35,269 nucleotides of DNA from a virus (taxonomy: Duplodnaviria > Caudoviricetes). The notes beneath the pieces were generated by a model. The model worked only from the letters and a program-made list of their open reading frames with translations, was not told the origin of the DNA and ran no database searches. The translations under genes and the position numbers were made by a program. Positions 26,879-35,269 of this stretch are shown here, piece by piece. Numbering within the stretch: the first letter of the stretch is position 1; each line of letters starts with the position of its first letter. The stretch covers positions 1 through 35,269 of the IMG/VR virus record IMGVR_UViG_3300038335_000071. One strand, 5' to 3'.

Positions 26879-28456
26879 ATGGCGAATATAAACGATTTTG
26901 GAATGCCATTCACTTCACAGGCAGGAGACAGAGCCTACAGCGCTCTTGACTGGCGGTCCTACTTCAACTCGCTGCTGGAGGATGGCGTAATTGGAGATAT
27001 AGGTAACGAGCTGAAGGTCAATCCCCAATCCACACCAAACAAGACTATATATGTGGATACCGGGGCTGTTTTTATAAGCGGTGCCATGAGGGTTATGGCA
27101 GATGTTACGAATCTGACTGTTGCAGACAACACAAGCGGTCAGCCTCGAATAGACCGTGTTGTGGCGAAGTTCAATCTAACGAACAGAAAAATAGAATTTG
27201 CCGTGAGGCAAGGGTCTTCCTCTGATAGCCCAAGTCCTCCAGATCTTATACAAAACAGCTCTACATGGGAACTATCCCTGGCACAGATTTATCTTGCAAA
27301 TGGGTTTTCGACCATTACCACAGGGGTGATTACAGATGAACGAGATAGCGTGGAGGTATGCGGATTTTTCAGATACAGAGCCAAACCTGCCTGGTATCCG
27401 GAGGTTGGAATACCGACACACGACGCTTGGATGTATTCGACCTTCAAGGAACAGCTAACTGCAAGCGAGATATCGGATATTGAAGGAAACAGTAGTTTGA
27501 TGTCTATCATACTTTCGGCTAACAAGGTAAAGAACATTTTCCCATCAATTATTCCTAATGCCTTACAGCTTTACTCGCCACCAAGCGCAACCATATCATC
27601 TGATATAACGCTCACTGAAAAAATCAATATTTATCATGACTTGACAGTCAATTCCGGTGTAACCCTTACGTGCACCTCCGGAACAACGATCCTTATAGTA
27701 TTGGGAACCTTGGCCCTTAACGGAATCATAAACGCTTCAGAAAAAGGCGGCGCTGGTGGTGCTGGAGTATCGACATATGATGGAGCAGGTGGCATCGGTG
27801 GCGGCATTATATATCTCTTTGTCAACAAGATAACAGGCACGGGTTTTATCAAAGCCAATGGTGGCGTTGGGGAAAGTCCGACAACGGAATATTCAGGTAC
27901 GTCATCCGGCGGCGGTAGAAATGCGGGCACAGCAGGTTCATTCATAAACAATAGTGTGCCTGCCGGATCAAGAGCCCATAAAACATCACTGATATCCTTT
28001 TTGAATTTTGAAATCAGTTCTATTGGTGGTTCCGGTGGTTATAGCGGTGAGCATGATGGCGATGGAACCAATGCTTCTGTCGCCAATGGGGGAAACGGTG
28101 TTTATGCCTCTGGCGGAGGAAGCGCCGAGTTAACAGCGAGCGGTGATTTTAGTGGCGCTGGCGGAGGCGGAGGTGGAGGCGCGGTTATCATAGTCTCAAC
28201 AAGCGGCATTCCGACTATTACGATTGAAGCCAAAGGTGGTGACGCCGGTTCCTGCGCGGGTATGGTTGATAGTGTCGGGGGTTCGGGAGGCGGAGGTGGC
28301 CTTATTTCCTTATCCGCTCCTGCCAGCGCGGCAATCACATCTGCTTCAGGGGGTGCTGGTGGCATCAATGGAACCTTTTATGGGAACAGCGTCAATGCCA
28401 GTGGAAGTGCGGGGCTTGTTGAATTCTACACGCTTGATTTGCTGAAGGGGGTATGA
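26879..28456 (+). CDS. Baseplate/tail-fibre protein with glycine-rich C-terminus (putative receptor-binding protein)
   Basis: N-terminal GDRAYSA, PRIDRVV, WELSLA, ITDER...VCG; repeated GxGGGG motifs in the C-terminal half. Confidence 0.75.
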   Translation: MANINDFGMPFTSQAGDRAYSALDWRSYFNSLLEDGVIGDIGNELKVNPQSTPNKTIYVDTGAVFISGAMRVMADVTNLTVADNTSGQPRIDRVVAKFNLTNRKIEFAVRQGSSSDSPSPPDLIQNSSTWELSLAQIYLANGFSTITTGVITDERDSVEVCGFFRYRAKPAWYPEVGIPTHDAWMYSTFKEQLTASEISDIEGNSSLMSIILSANKVKNIFPSIIPNALQLYSPPSATISSDITLTEKINIYHDLTVNSGVTLTCTSGTTILIVLGTLALNGIINASEKGGAGGAGVSTYDGAGGIGGGIIYLFVNKITGTGFIKANGGVGESPTTEYSGTSSGGGRNAGTAGSFINNSVPAGSRAHKTSLISFLNFEISSIGGSGGYSGEHDGDGTNASVANGGNGVYASGGGSAELTASGDFSGAGGGGGGGAVIIVSTSGIPTITIEAKGGDAGSCAGMVDSVGGSGGGGGLISLSAPASAAITSASGGAGGINGTFYGNSVNASGSAGLVEFYTLDLLKGV

Positions 28457-28719
28457 CAATGAAAGCTAAAATTCAGGATGGAAAGATAACCAGTTATTTT
28501 ATTGGAATCACTGCTGAAAAAGACTTCATCGATGTTCCGGCAAAAGTCGCTGCCAATCCCAACGAGTATCATTATGCGGATGGCAAGTTCATCGAGAGAA
28601 AAATTCCGGAACAGCCCATGGTGAAATCTTTGGAGCAAAGGGTGGAGGAACTCGAAAAACAGGTTGCCTTGCTTACCACCCAGAAATTAGTTGATGTTTT
28701 AGTCGAAGAGAGCCTTTAG
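28453..28719 (+). CDS. Small tail-fibre-associated protein with coiled-coil C-terminus
   Basis: ATGA overlap with the fibre gene; SLEQRVEELEKQV. Confidence 0.65.
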   Translation: MTMKAKIQDGKITSYFIGITAEKDFIDVPAKVAANPNEYHYADGKFIERKIPEQPMVKSLEQRVEELEKQVALLTTQKLVDVLVEESL

Positions 28720-28738
28720 TGCAAAGGCTTCTTTTATT
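28711..28738 (+). terminator. Hairpin between the tail and lysis modules
   Basis: AGCCTTT/AAAGGCT stem followed by TCTTTTATT. Confidence 0.5.
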
Positions 28739-28759
28739 ACCATGAATTAGGAGGTTTAA

Positions 28760-29164
28760 ATGAAAGACATTATTAACATGATACAAATCATAGTTGCCGC
28801 CATTGGCGGAACTATCGGATACTTCTTGGGAGGGCTTGACGGTTTCCTCTACGCTTTGATCGCGTTTGTGGTCATCGACTACCTTACCGGAATTATGGTA
28901 GCGATCCTTGAGAGAAAACTCTCAAGCGAGATGGGGTTCAGGGGGATTTTCAAGAAAGTACTTATTTTTTCCCTGGTTGCCGTTGGCCACATTATCGACT
29001 CGCAGCTGATCCAAACAGGCAGCGCAATTCGGACAGCGGTAATTTTCTTCTATTTATCCAATGAAGGAATCAGCATTTTAGAAAACACAGCCAAGATTGG
29101 CCTACCCATTCCTGAAAAACTGAAAACTATCTTGGTGCAGCTGAATAAGGAGGATGACAAATGA
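28760..29164 (+). CDS. Holin (toxin secretion/phage lysis holin family)
   Basis: Hydrophobic helices; GGLDG, DYLTG, LSS..GFRGIFKK, NEGISILEN, GLPIP. Confidence 0.93.
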   Translation: MKDIINMIQIIVAAIGGTIGYFLGGLDGFLYALIAFVVIDYLTGIMVAILERKLSSEMGFRGIFKKVLIFSLVAVGHIIDSQLIQTGSAIRTAVIFFYLSNEGISILENTAKIGLPIPEKLKTILVQLNKEDDK

Positions 29165-29862
29165 ATCTGCGAAAACTCATTCTGACAAACAATGCCTGCT
29201 ACAAGGTCGGCAAAACCATCATACCAAAAGGCATAATGGTGCATTCCACCGGAGCGAATAACCCTAGCTTGAAACGCTATGTAGGCCCGGATGATGGGTT
29301 GCTTGGCAAGAACCAGGCAGGCAACCACTGGAACCAGGATAAGCCGGACGGCCGAAAAGTTTGCGTCCACGCTTTTATCGGCAAACTTAACGATGGGAAG
29401 ATTGCCACTTATCAGACTCTGCCTTGGAATTATCTGGGCTGGCATGCCGGGGGTTCTGCAAACGACTCCCATATAGGCTTTGAAATTTGCGAGGACGGAT
29501 TGACCGATGCCTCGTATTTTTTTGCCGTCTACAAGGAAGCCGTGGAGCTATGCGTTTATCTTTGCAAAATGTATGGATTAACAGAGAAGAATATTATCTG
29601 TCATTCCGAAGGATACAGGCTGGGAATTGCCAGCAACCACAGTGATGTAATGCACTGGTTTACTAAGCACGGCAAGAGCATGGATGCATTCCGTGCCGAA
29701 GTCAAGAAGCAGCTTGATGCGAAGAATGTCCCTTCCTCCACTGAACAAAAAAAGCTTTACCGTGTTCAGATTGGAGCTTACAGCGTCAAGGCAAATGCCG
29801 ATACAATGCTTGCCAAGGTCAAGACGGCCGGCTTCAAGGATGCTTTTATAAAATATGAATGA
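29161..29862 (+). CDS. Endolysin: N-acetylmuramoyl-L-alanine amidase (Amidase_2) + SPOR domain
   Basis: IMVHSTG, GWHAGG, IGFEICE, ICHSE; C-terminal LYRVQIGAYS.KANAD. Confidence 0.92.
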   Translation: MNLRKLILTNNACYKVGKTIIPKGIMVHSTGANNPSLKRYVGPDDGLLGKNQAGNHWNQDKPDGRKVCVHAFIGKLNDGKIATYQTLPWNYLGWHAGGSANDSHIGFEICEDGLTDASYFFAVYKEAVELCVYLCKMYGLTEKNIICHSEGYRLGIASNHSDVMHWFTKHGKSMDAFRAEVKKQLDAKNVPSSTEQKKLYRVQIGAYSVKANADTMLAKVKTAGFKDAFIKYE

Positions 29863-29869
29863 TGAACAG

Positions 29870-29912
29870 AAAATTGCCTGTGGGGGTTATGCTCCTGCAG
29901 GCAATTTTTTTT
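29870..29912 (+). terminator. Late-operon intrinsic terminator
   Basis: AAAATTGCCTGTGGGGG-TTATG-CTCCTGCAGGCAATTTT running into a T8 tract. Confidence 0.85.
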
Positions 29913-29943
29913 ATGCCCTGATTCAGATTAATTTTGAAGAACC

Positions 29944-29984
29944 TCACCTCCTACCTGTTCCCACGGCTAACAGGTAGGAGGTGA
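29944..29984 (+). promoter_or_regulatory. Perfect 16-bp inverted repeat sequestering the SD of the SHOCT-like gene
   Basis: TCACCTCCTACCTGTT-9 nt-AACAGGTAGGAGGTGA. Confidence 0.8.
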
Positions 29985-29990
29985 TGCTGT

Positions 29991-30227
29991 ATGTATCAGA
30001 ATAGGGGCAGGAAAGTCACGAAGATTACGGATGATATACATGAAGAAAAAATCGAGCCGAAAAGGGCGTCACAGGCACAACTGCAGTGTGAATTTGATTA
30101 TATCCAGGCAGAAAAAATGTTGAAGAGGATGCTTGAAAAAGGGCTGATCACTACGGAAGAATTCGAAAAAACAACTGTATTGAACCGCCAAACTTTCTCT
30201 CCGATGTTGGCGCGAATTATGCCCTAA
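29991..30227 (+). CDS. SHOCT-like small protein of the recombinase cassette
   Basis: MLEKGLITTEEFEK motif; directly before the recombinases. Confidence 0.75.
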   Translation: MYQNRGRKVTKITDDIHEEKIEPKRASQAQLQCEFDYIQAEKMLKRMLEKGLITTEEFEKTTVLNRQTFSPMLARIMP

Positions 30228-30288
30228 AATCGTTGATATATAAGGGTTTTAGAGTTAACATGTGACCTACGGGAGAGGAGGTGAGATG

Positions 30289-31851
30289 ATGAAAAAGATA
30301 ACGAAAATCGCTGAAAACAAGCAATCCTTTACCAAGCAAAAGTTGCGGGTAGCCGCCTACTGTCGTGTTTCCACGGACAGTGATGATCAACTTGTCAGCT
30401 TACAGGCGCAAAAGACCCATTACGAGACTTACATTAAGTCAAACCCAGAATGGGAATTTGCAGGATTGTATTATGACGAGGGTATCAGTGGTACAAAAAA
30501 GGAAAAACGATCCGAACTCCTTAGAATGATATCGGACTGTGGAAATAAAAAAATCGACCTGATTATCACAAAGTCCATCAGTCGATTTGCGAGAAACACA
30601 ACTGACTGCCTGGAGATGGTCCGTAAGCTGGTAGACCTTGGAGTCTACATATATTTTGAAAAGGAAAACATCAACACCCAGTCAATGGAAAGCGAATTGA
30701 TGCTGTCCATTTTAAGTGGACTTGCGGAAAGCGAGTCAATTTCCATTTCGGAAAATAACAAGTGGTCGATACAGAAACGCTTTCGGAATGGAACATATAA
30801 GCTTTCCTATCCGCCCTATGGGTACGATTATTTAGATGGCGAGATGATTGTCAACGATGAGCAGGCTGCAATAGTCAAACGTATTTTCGCTGAGGCTTTA
30901 TTAGGAAGAGGAACTCAAAAAATCGCCGATGGTCTTCAAATCGATGGTGTTGCAACAAGAAGAAAATCAAAGTGGACAGCCTCCACGGTTCTAGGTATTT
31001 TATACAACGAGAGATACACCGGAGATGTGGTTTTACAAAAGACCTACACCGATGAGCATTTCAACAGGCATAACAACCACGGCGAAAAAGACCAGTTCCT
31101 TATTGAAAACCATCACGAGGCGCTTATCAGCCATGAGGAATTCGAAGCCGTAGGCAAGTTGCTCAGTCAACGGGCAAAAGAAAAAGGGATAGAAAAGGGG
31201 ACCAGCAAATACCAAAATAGGTATGTGCTGTCCGGGAAAATAAAGTGCTCCGAGTGTGGCGGTACCCTTAAAAGAAGGATACAGGGCGATGCAGAAAACA
31301 AATATATTGCTTGGTGTTGCTCTAAACACATCTACGACATTTCAGGATGTTCAATGAAGTTTATTCGAGATGATGCTATAAAACAGGCTTTTCTAACCAT
31401 GATCAACAAGTTGATTTTTGGGTACAAGCTGATTCTTAAGCCACTGCTGCAGAGCTTAAAAACTGTAAACTACTCAGATAATCTTATTGAAATCCAGATG
31501 TTTGAGTCGAGGATGGAAGAAAATGCGGAACGGAGACGAGTGCTGGTTGGACTAATGACTAAAGGCTATTTAGAGCCTGCCTTATTCAATGGACAGAACA
31601 ATGAGATTCGCAAAGAAGCTGCATTGCTAAAGGAGCAAAAGGAAGCCGTTTCCCGATTGGTGAACGGAGAAATGACTGTGACTGCAGAAGTTGAAAAGAT
31701 TTTAAAGTATGCTTCAAAGGCAGAGCCTATCGATAAATTTGATGAATTATTATTTGGCAACTATGTAGAAAAAATCATCGTATATTCACAAGTCGAAATA
31801 GGCTTCAAGATGAAATGCGGTATTACGCTTAAGGAAAGGCTGGTGAGATAG
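30289..31851 (+). CDS. Large serine recombinase 1
   Basis: AAYCRVST catalytic motif, [20 protein letters not shown], zinc ribbon CSECG; SD AGGAGGTGA (ATG at 30286 or 30289). Confidence 0.95.
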   Translation: MKKITKIAENKQSFTKQKLRVAAYCRVSTDSDDQLVSLQAQKTHYETYIKSNPEWEFAGLYYDEGISGTKKEKRSELLRMISDCGNKKIDLIITKSISRFARNTTDCLEMVRKLVDLGVYIYFEKENINTQSMESELMLSILSGLAESESISISENNKWSIQKRFRNGTYKLSYPPYGYDYLDGEMIVNDEQAAIVKRIFAEALLGRGTQKIADGLQIDGVATRRKSKWTASTVLGILYNERYTGDVVLQKTYTDEHFNRHNNHGEKDQFLIENHHEALISHEEFEAVGKLLSQRAKEKGIEKGTSKYQNRYVLSGKIKCSECGGTLKRRIQGDAENKYIAWCCSKHIYDISGCSMKFIRDDAIKQAFLTMINKLIFGYKLILKPLLQSLKTVNYSDNLIEIQMFESRMEENAERRRVLVGLMTKGYLEPALFNGQNNEIRKEAALLKEQKEAVSRLVNGEMTVTAEVEKILKYASKAEPIDKFDELLFGNYVEKIIVYSQVEIGFKMKCGITLKERLVR

Positions 31852-32280
31852 ATGAACCACATACCATTCGGATATATCATTGAAGATGGCAAAGCGATTA
31901 TTGATGATAAAGCAGCATCGCAAATAAGGGATTTGTTTCATTCTTATCTCTCGGGGTTATCTTTATCGGATACCGCAGAAAAAGCGGGTATCAAGCGCTG
32001 CCACCCGGCAATCTCCAAAATGCTTACAAATAGGCGCTATATAGGAGATGATTTCTACCCTGGGATAGTAGATGAAGAGGTTTTTCAACAGGTCGAAGCT
32101 GAAAGACTTAGGAGGGCACACATGCTTGGGAGAATATACGAACCGAAAGCCTCAAAAACGGTGTTTCCCAGAATACGGTTTTTCGCTTCAGAACCCCAGT
32201 CTAATTTTGAAGATCCCTTTCAGCAAGCCGAATATGCATACAGTTTAATTGAAAGCGTGGTGGTCACGGATGGCGAATAA
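31852..32280 (+). CDS. Small recombinase-domain-only protein
   Basis: [26 protein letters not shown] match the recombinase DNA-binding domain; no catalytic domain. Confidence 0.8.
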   Translation: MNHIPFGYIIEDGKAIIDDKAASQIRDLFHSYLSGLSLSDTAEKAGIKRCHPAISKMLTNRRYIGDDFYPGIVDEEVFQQVEAERLRRAHMLGRIYEPKASKTVFPRIRFFASEPQSNFEDPFQQAEYAYSLIESVVVTDGE

Positions 32281-33838
32281 TAGAAGTGTGACGGTGATAC
32301 CGGCACGCGCTCGTTTAGGAAACAATTTAAATACTGATGAAAAACCAAAGCTTAGGGTTGCTGCTTACTGCCGTGTCTCAACTGACAGCGATGAGCAGGC
32401 AACAAGCTACGAGGTGCAGATCGAACATTACACAAATTATATCAAAAACAACTTGGAATGGGAGCTGGCAGGGATTTTTGCAGATGATGGAATCAGTGGG
32501 ACAAATACTAAGAAGCGTGATGAGTTCAACCGTATGATACAAGATTGCATGGAAGGCAAAATCGACATGATAATCACAAAATCCATCAGCCGCTTTGCCC
32601 GAAACACCCTGGATTGCTTAAAGTTCATCCGACAACTCAAGGACAAAAATATCCCTGTTTTTTTTGAGAAAGAGAATATCAATACGATGGACTCCAAAGG
32701 GGAGATAATGCTCACCATCATGGCATCATTGGCACAACAGGAAAGCCAATCCCTCAGCCAAAACGTAAAGCTTGGCATTCAGTATCGCTACCAACAAGGC
32801 GAGGTTCAGATCAATCATAATCGTTTCTTAGGCTACACCAAAGAGAATAAGCGGCTGGTTATTGTCCAGGAAGAAGCGGGAGTGGTGAAGCGCATCTACC
32901 GCGAATATATTGAGGGTGCAAGCCTTCTGCAAATAGCACGAGGTTTGGAAGCTGACGGAATTCTAACAGCGGCAAATAAAGCGAAGTGGAGACCGGAGAC
33001 ACTTAAGAAAATTTTGCAGAATGAGAAGTATATCGGTGACGCCCTGCTTCAAAAAACATACACTGTGGACTTCCTTTCCAAGAAACGCGTGGTCAACAAT
33101 GGGATTGTTCCACAGTATTATGTTGAAAACAGCCACGAGCCTATAATCCCGCGTGAAATTTTCATGCAGGTGCAGGAAGAGCTAGTACGACGTGCAAATC
33201 TCTATACCGGGAAGAATGGCAAGAAAAGAGTTTATAGCAGCCGATATGCACTGTCTAGCATTGTTTATTGCGGGGAGTGTGGAGAAATATACAGGAGGGT
33301 GCATTGGAACAATCGAGGATGCAGGTCCATAGTCTGGCGATGTGTCAGCCGCCTTGAGGAGAAAGGCTCGGATTGCTGTTCACCAACGGTAAATGAAGAA
33401 ACTCTCCAAAATGCAGTTGTCAAAGCAATTAACGAGGCGCTTTGCAGTAAGAATACCTTCCTTGAAACTTTGCAAGTGAACATTGCTACCGTACTTAATG
33501 AGGAGGACGACAAATCCACCGATGATTTTGATGAGAAGCTGGAAGAGTTACAAAAAGAACTTCTAAATCTAGCAAATTCCAAGGCTGACTATAACAACGT
33601 AGCTGATGAGATTTACCGATTGCGGGATTTAAAGCAAAATACCCAAGTGCAAAATGCTGAGCGCCAAGGCAAGAGACAGCGTATTGAGGAAATGACAGAG
33701 TTCCTTAAAGAGCAGACTGGTGAGCTGATTGAATATGATGAGCAGCTGGTCAGAAGGCTTATAGAAAAGATAACGGTCTTTGATAACAAGCTGACCGTTG
33801 AATTCAAATCCAGCTTTGAGGTTGATATAAAACTGTGA
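32270..33838 (+). CDS. Large serine recombinase 2
   Basis: [40 protein letters not shown] zinc ribbon, coiled coil. Confidence 0.95.
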   Translation: MANNRSVTVIPARARLGNNLNTDEKPKLRVAAYCRVSTDSDEQATSYEVQIEHYTNYIKNNLEWELAGIFADDGISGTNTKKRDEFNRMIQDCMEGKIDMIITKSISRFARNTLDCLKFIRQLKDKNIPVFFEKENINTMDSKGEIMLTIMASLAQQESQSLSQNVKLGIQYRYQQGEVQINHNRFLGYTKENKRLVIVQEEAGVVKRIYREYIEGASLLQIARGLEADGILTAANKAKWRPETLKKILQNEKYIGDALLQKTYTVDFLSKKRVVNNGIVPQYYVENSHEPIIPREIFMQVQEELVRRANLYTGKNGKKRVYSSRYALSSIVYCGECGEIYRRVHWNNRGCRSIVWRCVSRLEEKGSDCCSPTVNEETLQNAVVKAINEALCSKNTFLETLQVNIATVLNEEDDKSTDDFDEKLEELQKELLNLANSKADYNNVADEIYRLRDLKQNTQVQNAERQGKRQRIEEMTEFLKEQTGELIEYDEQLVRRLIEKITVFDNKLTVEFKSSFEVDIKL

Positions 33839-33982
33839 CAATTTGATGGCTGCTGATTTAAGCAAATATACCACTATATTAGTGGCTTTCTGTGGTAAAT
33901 GAATATTATTCACATCTAAAGCAATCACAAGTTTATTGATTTGGAAGAGATGAAGTTTGTGGGTATTACGGTATGCGACTAA

Positions 33983-34059
33983 CACATCACCATTTTAAAA
34001 ATGGAAAATTGGTTGTTATTTTTACGGACGGCACAGAGATGGAACGTGGTGGTGAATAA
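33983..34059 (+). pseudogene. Decayed 3' remnant of another serine recombinase
   Basis: With one frameshift it reads HITI(F)/KNGKLVVIFTDGTEMERGGE*, resembling large serine recombinase C-termini. Confidence 0.5.
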
Positions 34060-34214
34060 CCTATTAGTATACGACCAAGCTATAACATCTACTTCATAAA
34101 AAAGTATCAATATTAAAAAGTTTTGTTAAGTTTTGTTAATAATAGTAATAGGTAAAAAATGAAAGATGCTATTATGAACGGGGGGGGGTAAACAGTAAAC
34201 CTAAAAAGAGCATA

Positions 34215-34243
34215 TTGACAAGGCAAGAAAAAGTAAATATAAT
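34215..34243 (+). promoter_or_regulatory. Consensus SigA promoter of the tetR operon
   Basis: TTGACA-17 bp-TATAAT. Confidence 0.9.
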
Positions 34244-34290
34244 AATATTAAATCGGTCGTTCGTACTAAATGGTAGACTGGAGTGATATT

Positions 34291-34872
34291 ATGAACAATG
34301 AACTAAAAAAGGAAAACCAATCTGAAAAAATACTGCAAACTGCATATGAATGTATTTCTTCAAAAGGGTATGCTAATGTATCCATGCGTGATATAGCAGA
34401 TGAAGCTGGAGTTGCTCTAAGTCAGCTTACCTATCATTATAAAAATAAGGATGGGTTGCTTAAAGAAGTAATAAAAATTATGATTCAAGAATACCTAATG
34501 GAAGTTGAAGAGCATTTAAGAAAAGGGGTAACGCCTAAAGAAAAATTATCCGATCTTATCACATATTTCCAGGAAGTTTTGGAAGAAAAACCAAAGTTAT
34601 TTAGATTGTTTTATGATTTTACAAGTATGTCACTCTGGTCAGCGCAATTTAGCGATTTACTCCGAAATCTTTTTGAAAACTTAGTAAATCTGATTGAAAA
34701 ATACGTATTAGATGACATCCCTTTAAAAAGTAATTTAAGGGCTTATACACCAAAATCCATAGCCAGGATGTTATTAGGAGCAATGTTTGGAACTGCAATA
34801 CAGGTAATTTTAGATCCTCAAGAAAAAAAGCTACCTGAAGCTTTAAATGCAATTGAATTATTATTTGCTTAA
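34291..34872 (+). CDS. TetR/AcrR family transcriptional regulator (host)
   Basis: EKILQTA...KGY..VSMRDIADEAGV..SQLTYHYKNKD HTH; SD GGAGTG before ATG 34291. Confidence 0.92.
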   Translation: MNNELKKENQSEKILQTAYECISSKGYANVSMRDIADEAGVALSQLTYHYKNKDGLLKEVIKIMIQEYLMEVEEHLRKGVTPKEKLSDLITYFQEVLEEKPKLFRLFYDFTSMSLWSAQFSDLLRNLFENLVNLIEKYVLDDIPLKSNLRAYTPKSIARMLLGAMFGTAIQVILDPQEKKLPEALNAIELLFA

Positions 34873-34901
34873 AATCAAAAAAATAAAAAGGAGAGATTTA
34901 A

Positions 34902-35174
34902 ATGTCAAATATTTTAGAAAAACCTTTCAATATGGGGTTAGGACTCTTTGCCTACTCAAGAGAAAAAATTGAAAAGGTTGTAGATGAACTGGTTAACAAA
35001 GGTGAGGTTACCAGAAAAGACGCACAAGAAGTTGTTAGGGATCTTGTAAAAAAGGGCGAAGAGCAACGTGAAGAATTAAAGAAATTTGTAAGAGATGAAA
35101 TAAAAGAAACTATGGATTTGAAGGATTTTGTCAAAACAGGTGATTTAAGAGATATAATCCGTGAAGTGACCTGA
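34902..35174 (+). CDS. Phasin/PHA-regulator-like protein (host)
   Basis: MGLG...SREKIEKVVDELVNKGEV...A..VV.DL pattern; SD AAGGAG. Confidence 0.7.
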   Translation: MSNILEKPFNMGLGLFAYSREKIEKVVDELVNKGEVTRKDAQEVVRDLVKKGEEQREELKKFVRDEIKETMDLKDFVKTGDLRDIIREVT

Positions 35175-35252
35175 GCCCAAAAAACTTCGTCAATAGGAAT
35201 GTTAGTCACGATATGATAAAATGAAAATCGTAGTGATCAAGGAGTGATTAAC

Positions 35253-35269
35253 ATGAAGAAGAGATTTAC
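35253..35269 (+). CDS. 5' end of a further host gene, cut by the window edge
   Basis: SD AAGGAGTG then ATG AAG AAG AGA. Confidence 0.4.

Larger units (their letters stand above)
1..33840 (+). mobile_element. Temperate siphovirus prophage (HK97-fold head, polA/VirE replication module, terminal serine-recombinase cassette); left end outside window
   Basis: Contiguous co-oriented replication, packaging, head, tail, lysis and recombinase genes. Visible shift to AT-rich host-like sequence after ~33.9 kb. att sites not identified. Confidence 0.95.

Noticed and set aside
26879-28719. Diversity-generating retroelement or invertible tail-fibre switch
   Set aside because: No reverse transcriptase, no TR/VR pair and no inverted alternative fibre cassettes seen.
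1-35269. tRNA/rRNA genes, introns, inteins, IS elements, att core repeats
   Set aside because: None recognised by eye; polymerase, terminase and helicase are of normal length, and the left junction is outside the window.

Overview
Positions 1 to ~33,840 are a nearly complete, all plus-strand temperate siphovirus prophage of Clostridia/Firmicutes type. Its left end and any repressor gene lie outside the window. Gene order: sigma-region-4 regulator; replication module (DUF2800 nuclease, DUF2815 SSB, family A DNA polymerase, BRO/ANT antirepressor, VirE primase-helicase, VRR-NUC, SNF2 helicase); late activator; a RelB/DinJ-fusion moron; HNH, TerS, ParB-methyltransferase, TerL; HK97-type head; non-contractile tail; holin and amidase; and a terminal SHOCT plus three-gene serine-recombinase cassette. 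After ~33.9 kb the DNA is much more AT-rich and looks like host sequence (decayed recombinase remnant, TetR regulator, phasin-like gene). The gene set is largely familiar, and the best leads are regulatory: a repeated bipartite element probably read by the phage regulator, hairpins that bury ribosome-binding sites, a probable AUC start for TerL, a -1 tail-chaperone frameshift, and an orphan antitoxin-fusion moron with its own promoter and operator array. Family names come from my motif recognition, not from database searches.
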